Part shown: piece by piece, positions 9,720 through 19,116 of the stretch
Numbering within the stretch: the stretch's first letter is position 1
How the letters are laid out: the number at the start of each line of letters is the position of its first letter
NCBI GenBank assembly: GCA_050013835.1
Contig: JBEKEM010000005.1
Coordinates: 25,099-89,098, forward strand
Direction of reading: 5' to 3'
Length of the DNA: 64,000 bases
Source of the DNA: Acidimicrobiales bacterium
Lineage (GTDB): Bacteria > Actinomycetota > Acidimicrobiia > Acidimicrobiales > Bog-793
Made by a program: the position numbers and the translations under genes
The notes under the pieces: generated by a model
What the model saw: only the letters and a program-made list of their open reading frames with translations
Database searches by the model: none
Told to the model about the DNA's origin: nothing

Positions 9720-10208
9720 TCAGGCATCTCGCAGTTGCGAGGCGACGGTCTTCGCCCACGACCGGACCTGGGCCGGGTCGCGCCAGTCCCCGGCGTGCTC
9801 CTTCGCCATCGCCCGGGCGGGGAACCCGGTGGCGTCCGGCGAGAGCCGGCCCCCGAAGGTCACGTGGCCCCGAGCACCGACCCGCTCCATTAGCGCCCTG
9901 ACCCCCTTGGTCGGGGGGATCTCCTTGCTCGTGGCAGAGTCGTCGAGAGGCCCGCTCGAGAAGAAGTACGTCGGGTGGCTCCGGAGCTCCTTCGCGTGGC
10001 GCCGCACGAAGCGTCGCGCCGACTTGTGCCAGCGACCGGCGTAGAGGGCGCCGCCCACGACGACGGCGTCGAAATGGTCGAGGTGCTCGACCTGATCGGG
10101 ACGGAACACGCCGACGGAGAGACCTTCTTCCCGCAGGCCGTCGGCCAGCATCTGGGCAAGCTCCGCGGTGCTGCCGCGCTTCGAACCGCAGGTGACCAGG
10201 ACTTGCAT
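9720..10208 (-). CDS. Flavodoxin-domain protein (HemG/long-chain flavodoxin-like)
   Basis: ATG 10208 with GGGAGG upstream. MQVLVTCGSKRGST ... FDAVVVGGALYAGRWH pattern. The stop lies 3 nt before the DUF4389 start. Confidence 0.7.
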   Translation of the reverse strand: MQVLVTCGSKRGSTAELAQMLADGLREEGLSVGVFRPDQVEHLDHFDAVVVGGALYAGRWHKSARRFVRRHAKELRSHPTYFFSSGPLDDSATSKEIPPTKGVRALMERVGARGHVTFGGRLSPDATGFPARAMAKEHAGDWRDPAQVRSWAKTVASQLRDA

Positions 10209-10412
10209 GTACGCCTCCCTCAGTCTCAGAGCTTTCCCGGGATCCGCCGCATATCGGCTTGTGCCCGGGCCGACACCGGGTCCTCCAATTGCCTCCAAGC
10301 GGTCGGTTGCGGCACAGGACTCGGCCGTTCCGGGCACGTCATTGAGCCGCCCGGCGACCGTGGTGATCCGGGGTCATGATCGCGCACCGTCCCGGTCGGG
10401 GGTGTGTCCTAC

Positions 10413-10964
10413 TCACCGACCCCTCGCTGCCTCGAGGATCCTGGCCGTCGTCGGGAAGAACCGGGTCGTGATTCGGGTCTGCAGCGTCTTGGCGAGGAAG
10501 CCCTGGAAGTTGGGGGGCCTCCCGCCCACCAGGCGCCACACGACGAAGGCCTCGAAGGTCGCGGCGTTGATGATCTCCATGTCCCGGTTGGCCGAGACGA
10601 CGGGCAGGTCCTTAAGCGCCAGCGGCTCGGCGGTGAAGGCGACGCAGAGGCGGACGTCGGGGGTGACGACGACATCGCGGAAGGGGTCGCGGGAGATCAC
10701 CCGCTCGAGCTCCGGGACCGTGCGCAGGAAGACCGGGACCTCGTAGCCGAGGCTGCGCTGCAGGTGCTCCTCGATGTCCGCGGCGAGGCGCGACCGGTCG
10801 GTCGACGGCGAGGCGAAGAACACGTTGCCGCTCTGGATGTACGAGCGCACCTCGGCGAGCCCGAGCTCGCCGAACAGGCAGCGCAGCCCCTCCATGCGCA
10901 CGGTGTGGCCCCCGACGTTGATGCCGCGCAGCAGCCCGATGTATTGGATGTTGGCGTCCCCCAT
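10413..10964 (-). CDS. DUF1697 domain protein
   Basis: ATG 10964 with GGAGG upstream. LLRGINVGGHTVRMEGLR is the signature I associate with DUF1697. Confidence 0.75.
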   Translation of the reverse strand: MGDANIQYIGLLRGINVGGHTVRMEGLRCLFGELGLAEVRSYIQSGNVFFASPSTDRSRLAADIEEHLQRSLGYEVPVFLRTVPELERVISRDPFRDVVVTPDVRLCVAFTAEPLALKDLPVVSANRDMEIINAATFEAFVVWRLVGGRPPNFQGFLAKTLQTRITTRFFPTTARILEAARGR

Positions 10965-11234
10965 GCAGATCCTCCGACCAGGCGAATCTAACGGTGTGGT
11001 CGGGACCGGCACGCGGCGACGCCCGGCGACCGTTCAGTTCTCGAGTTCCCGCGATCCGCTCGTGGCGCGCACCCGGCTGCAAACGGTTTGCCAGTTGTCG
11101 GCATTGGCGGGGATGGCGATGATGGTGGAAGGGACGGGATTGGCACCGACGCGACCTTGTTGCGCGATCACGTCCACACGGGTTCGGGGCGGCCGCCCCG
11201 GAGGCGGCAGGTCCGGCGGTTTAGGGGTCGGGGC

Positions 11235-13085
11235 TCAGGCGTCGACAAGCGAGCGCGCCGCGGCGGCGATGTGCGTGGCCGAGATGCCCGCCGCACCGAG
11301 GAGCTCGGCCGCCGTTCCCGACTGGGAGAGCGAGCGCACCGCGAGGTGCGAGAAGTGCGGCCTGACCCCGGCCCCGACAAGGGCCGAGAGTACTGCCTCG
11401 CCGAGACCGCCGGCGGGGTAGTGGTCCTCGGTCACGACGATCCGTCCCGCGGTCGCCTCACACGAGGCGACGAGCGTCGCCGAGTCGATCGGCTTCACCG
11501 AGTAGCAGTCGACGACACGGGCGGCGATGCCCTCGGCGGCGAGGCGCTCGGCCGCGGCGAGGCTCTCGTGGACGGTGATCCCCGCCCCGACGAGCGTCAC
11601 CGCGTCGGCGGATCCGGCGCGCAGGACCTTGGCACCGCCGATCGGGAACTCCTCGTCGGGGCCGTAGATGACGGGGTAGGCGCCACGGGTCGTCCTGAGG
11701 TATGAGACGCCCGCCCGGTCGGCCATCGCCACGGTGAGCGCCGCCGCCGAGGCCGCGTCGGCGGGGTAGAGGACGGTCGAGCCGTAGACCGCCCGCATCG
11801 CGGCGAGGTCCTCGAGGGCCATCTGCGAGGGCCCGTCGGGGCCGATCTCGACTCCAGCGTGCGAACCGGCGAGGCGGATCGAGACCTCCGAGATCCCTGA
11901 CATCCGCAGGAAGTCGAAGCCACGCGACACGAAGGCGCCGAAGGTCGCAGCGAAGGGCACGTAGCCGCGCACCGCGAACCCGGAGGCCGCGGCGAACATG
12001 AGCTGCTCGGCGATGAACGCCTGGAAGTACCGCTCCGGGGCGGCGGCGAGGAACAGCTCGGAGCTCGTCGAGTTGCCGACCTCCGCGTCGAGCACGACGA
12101 CCTCGGGGCGCGCCGCCAGGGCGACGAGCGCGTCGCCCCAGGCCCGGCGTGTCGCGACCTTCTCGCCAAGGGCGTAGCGGGGGACCGCCACCAGCGCGTG
12201 GGGGTTCGGCGTCACGGCCGGGGTCCCGTGCTCGGGCGGCGGCGAGGTGACGACGAGCGAGCTCGGACCGCCGAGGGCGGCGATCGCGCGCGCGGCGAGG
12301 TCGGCGGGGAGCGCCAGGCCGTGCCATCCGTTCTTATCCTCGATCTCGGGAACGCCCTTGCCCTTCACCGTCCGGGCGAGGATGACCGATGGCTTCCGGC
12401 TCGCCTGCGCCTCCGCGAAGGCGGAGTCGATCGCCGCCAGGTCGTGCCCGTCGACTTCGATCGGGTGGCAGCCGAAGGCGGTGACGCGGGACGCGTAGGC
12501 GTCGAGGTTCCAGCCGAGCTCGGTCGGCCCGCGCTGGCCGAGCCGGTTGACGTCGACGATCACCGTGAAGTTGTCGAGCTCGTAGTAGCCCGCCTTGTCG
12601 AATGCCTCCCAGACCGAGCCCTCGGTCAGCTCGCTGTCCCCGCAGAGCGTCCAGACCCGGTAGGGCAGCTCGTCGAGGAACTTGCCGGCGAGGGCGACCC
12701 CGACGGCGGCGGCGACGCCCAGCCCGAGCGACCCGGTGGCGACGTCGACCCAGGGCAGCATCGGCGTCGGGTGGCCCTGCAGGCGGGCGCCGAGGCGGCG
12801 GTAGGTCGAGACGAGCTCCTCCTCGTCGATGACCCCGACGGCGCGGAAGACCGAGTACAAAAGCGGCGAGGCGTGGCCCTTCGAGAAGATCAGGTGGTCG
12901 TTCTCGGGGCGCCGGGGGGCGGACCAGTCGTAGCGGAGGTGGCGCGTGACCAGCACGGCGAGCAGGTCGGCGGCCGAGAGCGACGAGGTCGGGTGGCCCG
13001 AACCGGCCGCGGTCGAGCAGCGGATCGTGTCGACGCGGAGCTGCCGCGCGAGATCGGCGACGACTTGCAGGTCATCTGTGCGCAT
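11235..13085 (-). CDS. tkt: Transketolase (N- and C-terminal halves fused in one 616-aa protein)
   Basis: ATG 13085 (MRTDDL...). GSGHPTSSLSAADLL, GDSELTEGSVWEA and a C-terminal pyrimidine-binding/transketolase-C region are present. The 118 upstream codons of the track ORF were rejected. Confidence 0.85.
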   Translation of the reverse strand: MRTDDLQVVADLARQLRVDTIRCSTAAGSGHPTSSLSAADLLAVLVTRHLRYDWSAPRRPENDHLIFSKGHASPLLYSVFRAVGVIDEEELVSTYRRLGARLQGHPTPMLPWVDVATGSLGLGVAAAVGVALAGKFLDELPYRVWTLCGDSELTEGSVWEAFDKAGYYELDNFTVIVDVNRLGQRGPTELGWNLDAYASRVTAFGCHPIEVDGHDLAAIDSAFAEAQASRKPSVILARTVKGKGVPEIEDKNGWHGLALPADLAARAIAALGGPSSLVVTSPPPEHGTPAVTPNPHALVAVPRYALGEKVATRRAWGDALVALAARPEVVVLDAEVGNSTSSELFLAAAPERYFQAFIAEQLMFAAASGFAVRGYVPFAATFGAFVSRGFDFLRMSGISEVSIRLAGSHAGVEIGPDGPSQMALEDLAAMRAVYGSTVLYPADAASAAALTVAMADRAGVSYLRTTRGAYPVIYGPDEEFPIGGAKVLRAGSADAVTLVGAGITVHESLAAAERLAAEGIAARVVDCYSVKPIDSATLVASCEATAGRIVVTEDHYPAGGLGEAVLSALVGAGVRPHFSHLAVRSLSQSGTAAELLGAAGISATHIAAAARSLVDA

Positions 13086-13321
13086 GGTGGACCTCGGGAG
13101 TTGACGAGACGGGCGAAGCGTCATCGTAGGACACCGCCGGGCGGGGACGGAGTCCCGCACCGGGTCATTCCACCCCGCGGAATCACCGGGGTCGACGGCA
13201 CCGCCGGGAACCGGATGGGCGTCTCCTCGTCCGTCGGGGGTGGCCGGGGTGTGCCGCGCGGCAATGGTGTAAGAAATACCCGTCAACGGGGAAGGCCGCC
13301 GGGCCGGGAAGGAAGCACGCC

Positions 13322-13972
13322 GTGGAAAACCGACGATCGCAAATTCAGATCGCGAGATGTGCCGCCGCGTTGCTCGCCGGCGTGCTCCTCGCTGGCGCAG
13401 TCCTTGCCGCCCCCGCAGGCGGGACGACGGCCCCGTCAAGTCCCCACAGGGCTGTCGTCAAGCCGGGCGCATCCTGTACGAAAGCCAAACTCGGCACGAA
13501 GGTCAAAGCCGGGAAGAAGACGCTTGTCTGCTCGAAGGTCGGCAAGAAACGCCTCTGGGAGGTCTCCAAGCCCGCCTCGAAGGGACCGTCGACCGCCAAG
13601 ATCAAGAAGTCGTTCGTCGTCGCGGTGGCACCGGCGGAAGCCGCCCTGCAGACCTTCGTGGGCAGGGCCGAGGCACTCGGCACCAAGGCGACCCCCTCGA
13701 GCGTGGCCAAGATCGCCGCGCCCCTCATCGTGGCGTGCCAGAAGATGGACACCGAGCTCTCCGCCTTGCACGCGACCGGCAAGATCGGCAAGGAACTCGC
13801 GACGTATGTGGTGGAGGACCGGACGATCGTCGGTCTTCTCAAGCAGGCCGGAAGCCAATCGTCGCGCAGCTTGCTTTCGTGGGGGGAGACCCTCAAGAAG
13901 GACGGCAAGCGCCTCCTCGCGGACTCCGACGTGCTGCGATCCGCGCTCGGCTTGCCACGGTCGACGGCATAG
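13322..13972 (+). CDS. Secreted Lys-rich hypothetical protein
   Basis: Signal-peptide-like AALLAGVLLAGAVLAAPAGG. The mature part contains CTKAKLG...LVCSKVGKKRLW. A GGAAGGA SD-like motif lies upstream of GTG 13322. No family recognised. Confidence 0.55.
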   Translation: MENRRSQIQIARCAAALLAGVLLAGAVLAAPAGGTTAPSSPHRAVVKPGASCTKAKLGTKVKAGKKTLVCSKVGKKRLWEVSKPASKGPSTAKIKKSFVVAVAPAEAALQTFVGRAEALGTKATPSSVAKIAAPLIVACQKMDTELSALHATGKIGKELATYVVEDRTIVGLLKQAGSQSSRSLLSWGETLKKDGKRLLADSDVLRSALGLPRSTA

Positions 13973-14325
13973 GGGGATTCCCGCCCCGGCCGGATGCACC
14001 AAGCCTGGTCCGGCGGGTTCGGCTCCACTCGCGCTCGGACGGTTCAGAGGATCAGGCTTGGCGGGCACTTCCCCGGACACACCGCCCTGTCGCGGCAGGG
14101 CGACAGTTGCATCGGCCCTGCCCGTCGATCTGGGCCATGCGTCGCGCGTCGAGGACCGCGACGGCGGCCACACCGCTGTCGTGACGCGGCCGGTTCCGTC
14201 CGGCTGGCAAGCGGCCGGTCCCGGTCCCGTGCCCTGCCTGCGACAGGCCGTGCCGCCGACCGGTGGCGGTCCCCTGTCGGAGGTTCCTGCCCTCATCCGG
14301 ACCGGGCGCCCGCCTGGGCCGGGGA

Positions 14326-14796
14326 TCATTCCGCAGCCAGGTCCTTGCCCATGCAGACGCTGACCTCGGAATAGACGTAAGGACCGTACTTCTCGATCTC
14401 CTCATACCCCGCCCGTCGGTACAGGGCGAGCCCCTCCGGTGATCGGATCCCCGTCTCGAGGACGATCCGGGCGGCGCCGATGGCGCGCGCCTCGGATTCG
14501 AGGAAGGCGAGCACTGCGGAGCCGATTCCCCGCTTGCGGAAGGCGGGGATCACGAACATCCGCTTCAGCTCGGCGATTCCCTCGCCGATCAGCCGGACGG
14601 CGCCGCAGGCGACGTCCGCATTTCCCGCCGTCGCCACCACGAAGGCTCCGCGTCCGGGATCCACGTCCTCCGTGGTGAGATCGAAGTGCCAGTCGAGCGG
14701 GTTCGGGTAACGGCGGCGGATTTCGGCGTTCAGCGCGGCGATGAGCTCCCGTGCCACGGGGTCGGAGAGATCCTCGCGGCGGATCTCGACGGGCAC
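14326..14796 (-). CDS. GNAT family N-acetyltransferase
   Basis: GTG 14796. Acetyl-CoA binding region FRKRGIGSAVLAFLESEA and ...LYRRAGYEEI. The 452-aa track ORF is a 5' extension. Confidence 0.8.
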   Translation of the reverse strand: MPVEIRREDLSDPVARELIAALNAEIRRRYPNPLDWHFDLTTEDVDPGRGAFVVATAGNADVACGAVRLIGEGIAELKRMFVIPAFRKRGIGSAVLAFLESEARAIGAARIVLETGIRSPEGLALYRRAGYEEIEKYGPYVYSEVSVCMGKDLAAE

Positions 14797-14831
14797 CGGT
14801 CGGGCCCGAGTCGGCGGTCTGGGGTGCCCGG

Positions 14832-15509
14832 TCAGGGCGTCTGGCGTTCCGGCCGGCGTTTCGCCGTGCCAACTCGCTGACCGTCGAGGGCCACCGATCC
14901 GGGAGCCGGTGCCACGAGCAGGGACTCGAGGGAGGCGACCATCACCCGGGCGGCCGTGGCGGGGGACCGGTCGAGCGCGGCGCGCAGGTACTCCCAGGTC
15001 GGCCACGACGTGACGACATCGACGGCGTCCGTCAGCACGCGCGCCCCGCCGCCGGCACGCTGAAGTTCCGGGGCGAAGGTCGCGATGACGTGGTCCCGAC
15101 GCGTCCGCGTGCAGAAGGCGATGCCCTCGGCCATCTCGGGCGAGCTCTGCTCGTCGAACATCGTCGCCCGCCGGATGGGGGTGAGGGCCTCGAAGAGTTG
15201 GCGGCACTGGCTGACGATGGCCCCGATGCGCCCAGAGAGGTCCCTGTCGGGGTCGATGGGCTTGAGGATCTCGGCGTGCCGGCGCATCTGGAGGTCGAGT
15301 GCGAGGCGGCGCAAGGCCTCGACGTCCTCGAAGTGGTGGTACACGGTGCGGAGAGCGACCCCGGCACGCGTCGCCACCTCCTGGGCGGTGGGGCGCATCG
15401 TGCCCTCGTCCACGAGATCGAGCAGCGCCTCGATGACCCTGAGGCGGGTCCGCTCCCCGCGGGCGCGTCGCCCGTCGACGGGGTGGGTCTCGACGTCTCG
15501 ACGCGCCAT
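14832..15509 (-). CDS. TetR family transcriptional regulator
   Basis: ATG 15509. HTH MRPTAQEVATRAGVALRTVYHHFEDVEAL. It lies directly upstream of the GNAT gene on the same strand. Confidence 0.8.
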   Translation of the reverse strand: MARRDVETHPVDGRRARGERTRLRVIEALLDLVDEGTMRPTAQEVATRAGVALRTVYHHFEDVEALRRLALDLQMRRHAEILKPIDPDRDLSGRIGAIVSQCRQLFEALTPIRRATMFDEQSSPEMAEGIAFCTRTRRDHVIATFAPELQRAGGGARVLTDAVDVVTSWPTWEYLRAALDRSPATAARVMVASLESLLVAPAPGSVALDGQRVGTAKRRPERQTP

Positions 15510-15747
15510 GGTCTCGTTGCCTCTCAGACCGGGGGAACGGACAGTGCCTGAGATGTTGGCACAAGCCTGCGAACGACATGAAGTCGGGCCGACCCCAAGT
15601 CGGTGGTGCGTTGACCGGTCGCCAAGGCGCGGCCCGCGTCGCCCCTGGGCGTCGGGCCCGGGCCCCGGCGCGTGGCCGGCCCAAGCGGGGGAGCCGGCGG
15701 GCGTAGCCTGACCGCGTCGGTTCTCTCCGCGCAGAAGGGCGGTCCAG

Positions 15748-16281
15748 ATGGCCATGACGGCACGAGCACGGGCGAAGGGCCTGCGCAAGAGCCGGGAGCT
15801 CCTAGGCCCCGACGTGGCGGTCCGCGCCTTTGGCATCGGTGTCGTCGGTCCCGATCCCCGCCAGACAGCGACCGTCATCGTGCTCGCCGCCGCCGCGGTC
15901 TCGGTGCTGTTCGTCCTGGTCCTCAATGTCATACCGCCTGGCGGCGTCCTCGGAGTGGTGATCCTCTTGGTCATCTACTGGTTGATCGACCGGCCGGCGG
16001 CCGTCGTCATTGCCGACCGCGGTGTCGCCATTCTCGAACGCAGCTGGTGGAGCGGGGTTCCGACGAGGATCGCGAAGTTGCTCGCCCCTGGGTCGCTGGC
16101 GGGGTCGTGCGCGCGGCGGACGGGGGGGTACGTGCACGTGCCCGCGCACCAGTTGTGGCTGCGCGCGAAGGAGTACGAGCGCCTCTGCAACGCCGTCCCC
16201 CTGGTTTGGTCGGCTCCGCCGGCCGCGACCGCGCCGCCCGAGTATCCTCCGCCGCCTCCGCTGAGCGGCCCCGGAAGGTGA
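15748..16281 (+). CDS. Hypothetical membrane protein
   Basis: Two adjacent TM helices (TVIVLAAAAVSVLFVLVLNV / GVLGVVILLVIYWLI), a Pro-rich C-terminus and high GC3. No family recognised. Confidence 0.5.
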   Translation: MAMTARARAKGLRKSRELLGPDVAVRAFGIGVVGPDPRQTATVIVLAAAAVSVLFVLVLNVIPPGGVLGVVILLVIYWLIDRPAAVVIADRGVAILERSWWSGVPTRIAKLLAPGSLAGSCARRTGGYVHVPAHQLWLRAKEYERLCNAVPLVWSAPPAATAPPEYPPPPPLSGPGR

Positions 16282-16539
16282 CGGCGTCGGCACGGACCCG
16301 AGCCGAACGGGCGCGCCACCGGGCTTGCCGGGGCGTCTGGCGTCGCCGGCGGTGACCCGGGTCCCGGGTGCCAAGCCCGTCGCTGATCCGACCGGCCGGG
16401 AACCCGGACGGCCGCCGGGAGCTGTTGGTCGACCCCGCTAACCCTCTCGGTCCCGACGGACCCTTCCGGGTGAGAAGGCCGGCTGGCTGGCGGCCACGTA
16501 GCGGGCACCCCCCGGTGCCGGGGTGGAGTAGCGAACCCA

Positions 16540-16806
16540 CTAGCCAGCCGTGGAGTGGACCGCCTGCCCGGCGCGCACGGTGAAGGAGCCGCCGAGGGTC
16601 TCGACCAGGAGCTCGCCCTCGAGGACAATCGAGTACTCGTCGAACTCGGCGATCTGCCCCGGCTCCGCCCATCCCGGCGTGCTCTCCATGACGGCGAGGG
16701 AGATCCCGTCCGTGCCGGTGTTCACGAGCCCGACGTACTCCGCGATCTGCTTCGGCGGCGTCCCAGCGGCGTCGAGGAGCGCCGGGACGGCGATGAGCTG
16801 TGCCAT
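16540..16806 (-). CDS. Small cupin-domain protein (tentative)
   Basis: ATG 16806. EYSIVLEGELLVETLGGSFTVRAGQAV resembles a cupin_2 beta-barrel. The ORF is only 88 aa. Confidence 0.55.
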   Translation of the reverse strand: MAQLIAVPALLDAAGTPPKQIAEYVGLVNTGTDGISLAVMESTPGWAEPGQIAEFDEYSIVLEGELLVETLGGSFTVRAGQAVHSTAG

Positions 16807-16921
16807 GGAGCGCGATTCTCGCAGGCGACACCGCCGGCGCAGTCGCAAGGCGCACTCGCCTCGCCGACGGCCCGCAGCCGGGGGCTGGCGTCACCGCTGG
16901 CGAGCTCCCCGCGCATTGCGG

Positions 16922-17224
16922 TCAGGGAATGCGCACGTCGCGGTGCTGACTGGCCAATTGCCTCTCCTCCTCGGAGAGCCTCGAGACCCAGACCGGGGTG
17001 ACGAGGCTCCAGTGCCTGCCGACCGGACAACGCTGCAGCCTCCACCAACCGAGGCGGATCGACTTCAGCGATCCCCCCGGGATCCAGAGTGTCGAGAAGA
17101 GGTGCCCGTCCCGGCACCGCACCACCGTGTTGACGGCGAAGACGGAACCTCGACGGCGCGCCAGCACGACGATCTCGGCGCAGAGCACCGAAGCGAGGAC
17201 GATCCTGGTGAATTTGCGGCCCAT
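16922..17224 (-). CDS. Conserved-looking small hypothetical protein with Cys/His pairs
   Basis: 100-aa ORF with host-like GC3. An N-terminal hydrophobic helix is followed by VRCRDGHLF ... LQRCPVGRHW (C-x3-H ... C-x4-H). No SD motif upstream. Confidence 0.5.
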   Translation of the reverse strand: MGRKFTRIVLASVLCAEIVVLARRRGSVFAVNTVVRCRDGHLFSTLWIPGGSLKSIRLGWWRLQRCPVGRHWSLVTPVWVSRLSEEERQLASQHRDVRIP

Positions 17225-17273
17225 GCCTAGAGGGTACGCGCCGCGAAGCGCGGGTTCGCCGCGCCCGACCTTG

Positions 17274-18068
17274 CTAGGCGTTCAGCGCCCGCAATCGGAA
17301 GTAGGCGCCGGCGGGGTCGGTCAACGTGGCGGTGCGCCCGTAGCGGCTGCCGGACGGGCCCGTGACGACCGTGCCACCGAGGGACTTCGCCCGGGCGGCG
17401 ACGGCATCGGCGTCGTCGACGCGCCAGTAGACCGACCAGTGGGGCGGTGCCCCCTCGGGGAGCGAGGAAGAAGCGTCGAAGATCCCGGCGAGCTCTCCCT
17501 CGCCCCGGGGATCGCGCATCATCGTGTAGCGGAACCTGTCGTTGTTGGGGATCTCGACCGTGTCCCAGCCGAAGACGTCGCGATAGAAGGCGACGGCGGC
17601 GGCGTGGTCCCTGGTGTGCAGCTCGAACCAGTCTGGGGTGCCCACCTCGCCGAGGACCGTGAAACCGGGGAAGGTGCCCGGCTGCCAGGCACCGAAGGTC
17701 GTGCCGGTCGGGTCGACCAGCACCGCCTGGCTGCCCATGTCGCCGACCTCCGTCGGGGGGGAGATGATCCGGGCGCCCGCCGCGGCAGCCGCCTCGACGG
17801 TCCGCGCGAGGTCCCTGACGCAGAGGTAGGTCTTCCAGGTGTCGTCGGCGCGCGCCTCCCCCATGTCGCCCATGCCGCCGGCGACCGGGACGCCGTCGCG
17901 CAGGAACATGAAGTAGCCGCCGAACTCGGGGCTCGGCTCGCCCGCCTCCCAGCCGAAGAGCTCGCCGTAGAACCTGCGGCTGCCCTCGACGTCGGAGGTC
18001 CACAGGTCGATCCAGCAGGGCGCCCCGGGAGGGGCGCTTTCACGGGTGGGCATCGTCGCTCCATTCAC
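17274..18068 (-). CDS. VOC (glyoxalase/bleomycin-resistance/dioxygenase) family protein, two tandem domains
   Basis: CWIDLWTSDVEGSRRFYGELFGW and FELHTRDHAAAVAFYRDVFGW halves. An alternative start is ATG 18053. Confidence 0.8.
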   Translation of the reverse strand: MNGATMPTRESAPPGAPCWIDLWTSDVEGSRRFYGELFGWEAGEPSPEFGGYFMFLRDGVPVAGGMGDMGEARADDTWKTYLCVRDLARTVEAAAAAGARIISPPTEVGDMGSQAVLVDPTGTTFGAWQPGTFPGFTVLGEVGTPDWFELHTRDHAAAVAFYRDVFGWDTVEIPNNDRFRYTMMRDPRGEGELAGIFDASSSLPEGAPPHWSVYWRVDDADAVAARAKSLGGTVVTGPSGSRYGRTATLTDPAGAYFRLRALNA

Positions 18069-18432
18069 TTTTCTGTCTGCTCGTCCGTCACGTGCGCCGC
18101 AGGAGGCGGGATCGTCTCCTTCGCCGGCGGTCCGCGGCGGGTGTGTTGTTGGGCACCCGCCCCGAGCCGCCGGGCGGTGTGCACGTTAACGGCGGCGCGA
18201 TCGCAAGCCGCCGCCTCGGGCGACCGTTCCCGGGGCGGGCGAGACCCGGACAGCGGCACCGGTACGGCAGACGGCCGGGCATCCCCCGTCGACCGGCCCG
18301 TGCCGAGCAGAATCGTTCCGTGTCGGGTACCCGCACGAGGGATCGGGCGCGGACACGGGCGACGACGGTCGCCGCACCGGCCACCAGCGCCGGGCCTGTC
18401 GTCAAGGACAGAACCGAAGGAGAAGCATCCTC

Positions 18433-18837
18433 ATGTCGACTCTGCACGCCATCGGCAACTGGCTGTACTGGTTCTTCGGTATCGGCGGCAGCGGCCCCCA
18501 CTACGGGTTCTGGTCGGGGACGGGTTCCGACATCGGGGAGCTCACGATCGTCGGCGCCGTCATCGTGGGGTGGAAGCACGTGAACTGCCACGACGAGCAC
18601 TGCTGGAGGATCGGCATGCACAAGGTGGAGGGCACTCCCTACCACGCTTGCCGCAAACACCACCCAGTCCTGTCGAAACAGCCCCACATCACGGCAGAGA
18701 TCATGGCCAAGGCGCACGAGGAGTTCCAGGCGCAGCGCCGCGCCGATTCGACGAGGATTCTTGAGATCCACCAGCAGGTCACGGGACCCGCCGACGCGAG
18801 CGTCCCGTCCGGCGCGACGGGTGTCCCGCCGAACTAG
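18433..18837 (+). CDS. Hypothetical protein with hydrophobic N-terminus and His/Cys cluster
   Basis: AAGGAGAAG SD upstream of the ATG and high GC3. Contains HVNCHDEHCWRIGMHKVEGTPYHACRKHHP. No family recognised. Confidence 0.6.
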   Translation: MSTLHAIGNWLYWFFGIGGSGPHYGFWSGTGSDIGELTIVGAVIVGWKHVNCHDEHCWRIGMHKVEGTPYHACRKHHPVLSKQPHITAEIMAKAHEEFQAQRRADSTRILEIHQQVTGPADASVPSGATGVPPN

Positions 18838-19085
18838 GAGATTGCTCAATTAGTCCCTTCTTGCACCCATGCCAGATGCGAACACGCAGGTTACGGTCGT
18901 GTCAGTAAGGACCCAATCGGCTAAATCAACACCCGCCTAGCAGGTCTCGCACCACCGGGCGGGACCCGGTGGGTCCGGGCGGCCGCCCCGGTCCCTGGTG
19001 CTACGGGAGCGGAGGCGTTTGTCCAGGAGCTCCCGGGCGGGCGGGGCTCGCGGCCCGAGCCCGCCCGATGCTCCCGACAGGCGGC

Positions 19086-19106
19086 CGCCCCTTCGACCGA
19101 GGGGCG
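19086..19106 (-). terminator. Candidate stem-loop terminator downstream of acs
   Basis: CGCCCCT-7 nt loop-AGGGGCG lies 10 nt past the acs stop. There is no U-tract. Confidence 0.4.
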
Positions 19107-19116
19107 CCGGATCTCG

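Noticed and set aside
4922-15974. 5' extensions of several track ORFs (4922..6460, 7092..8924, 11235..13439, 14326..15684, 14832..15974; likewise 60549..62267 and 61859..63301)
   Set aside because: In each case the extension overlaps the neighbouring gene, is compositionally shadow-like, and precedes a start codon that has an SD motif or a stop/start overlap at the onset of domain homology.
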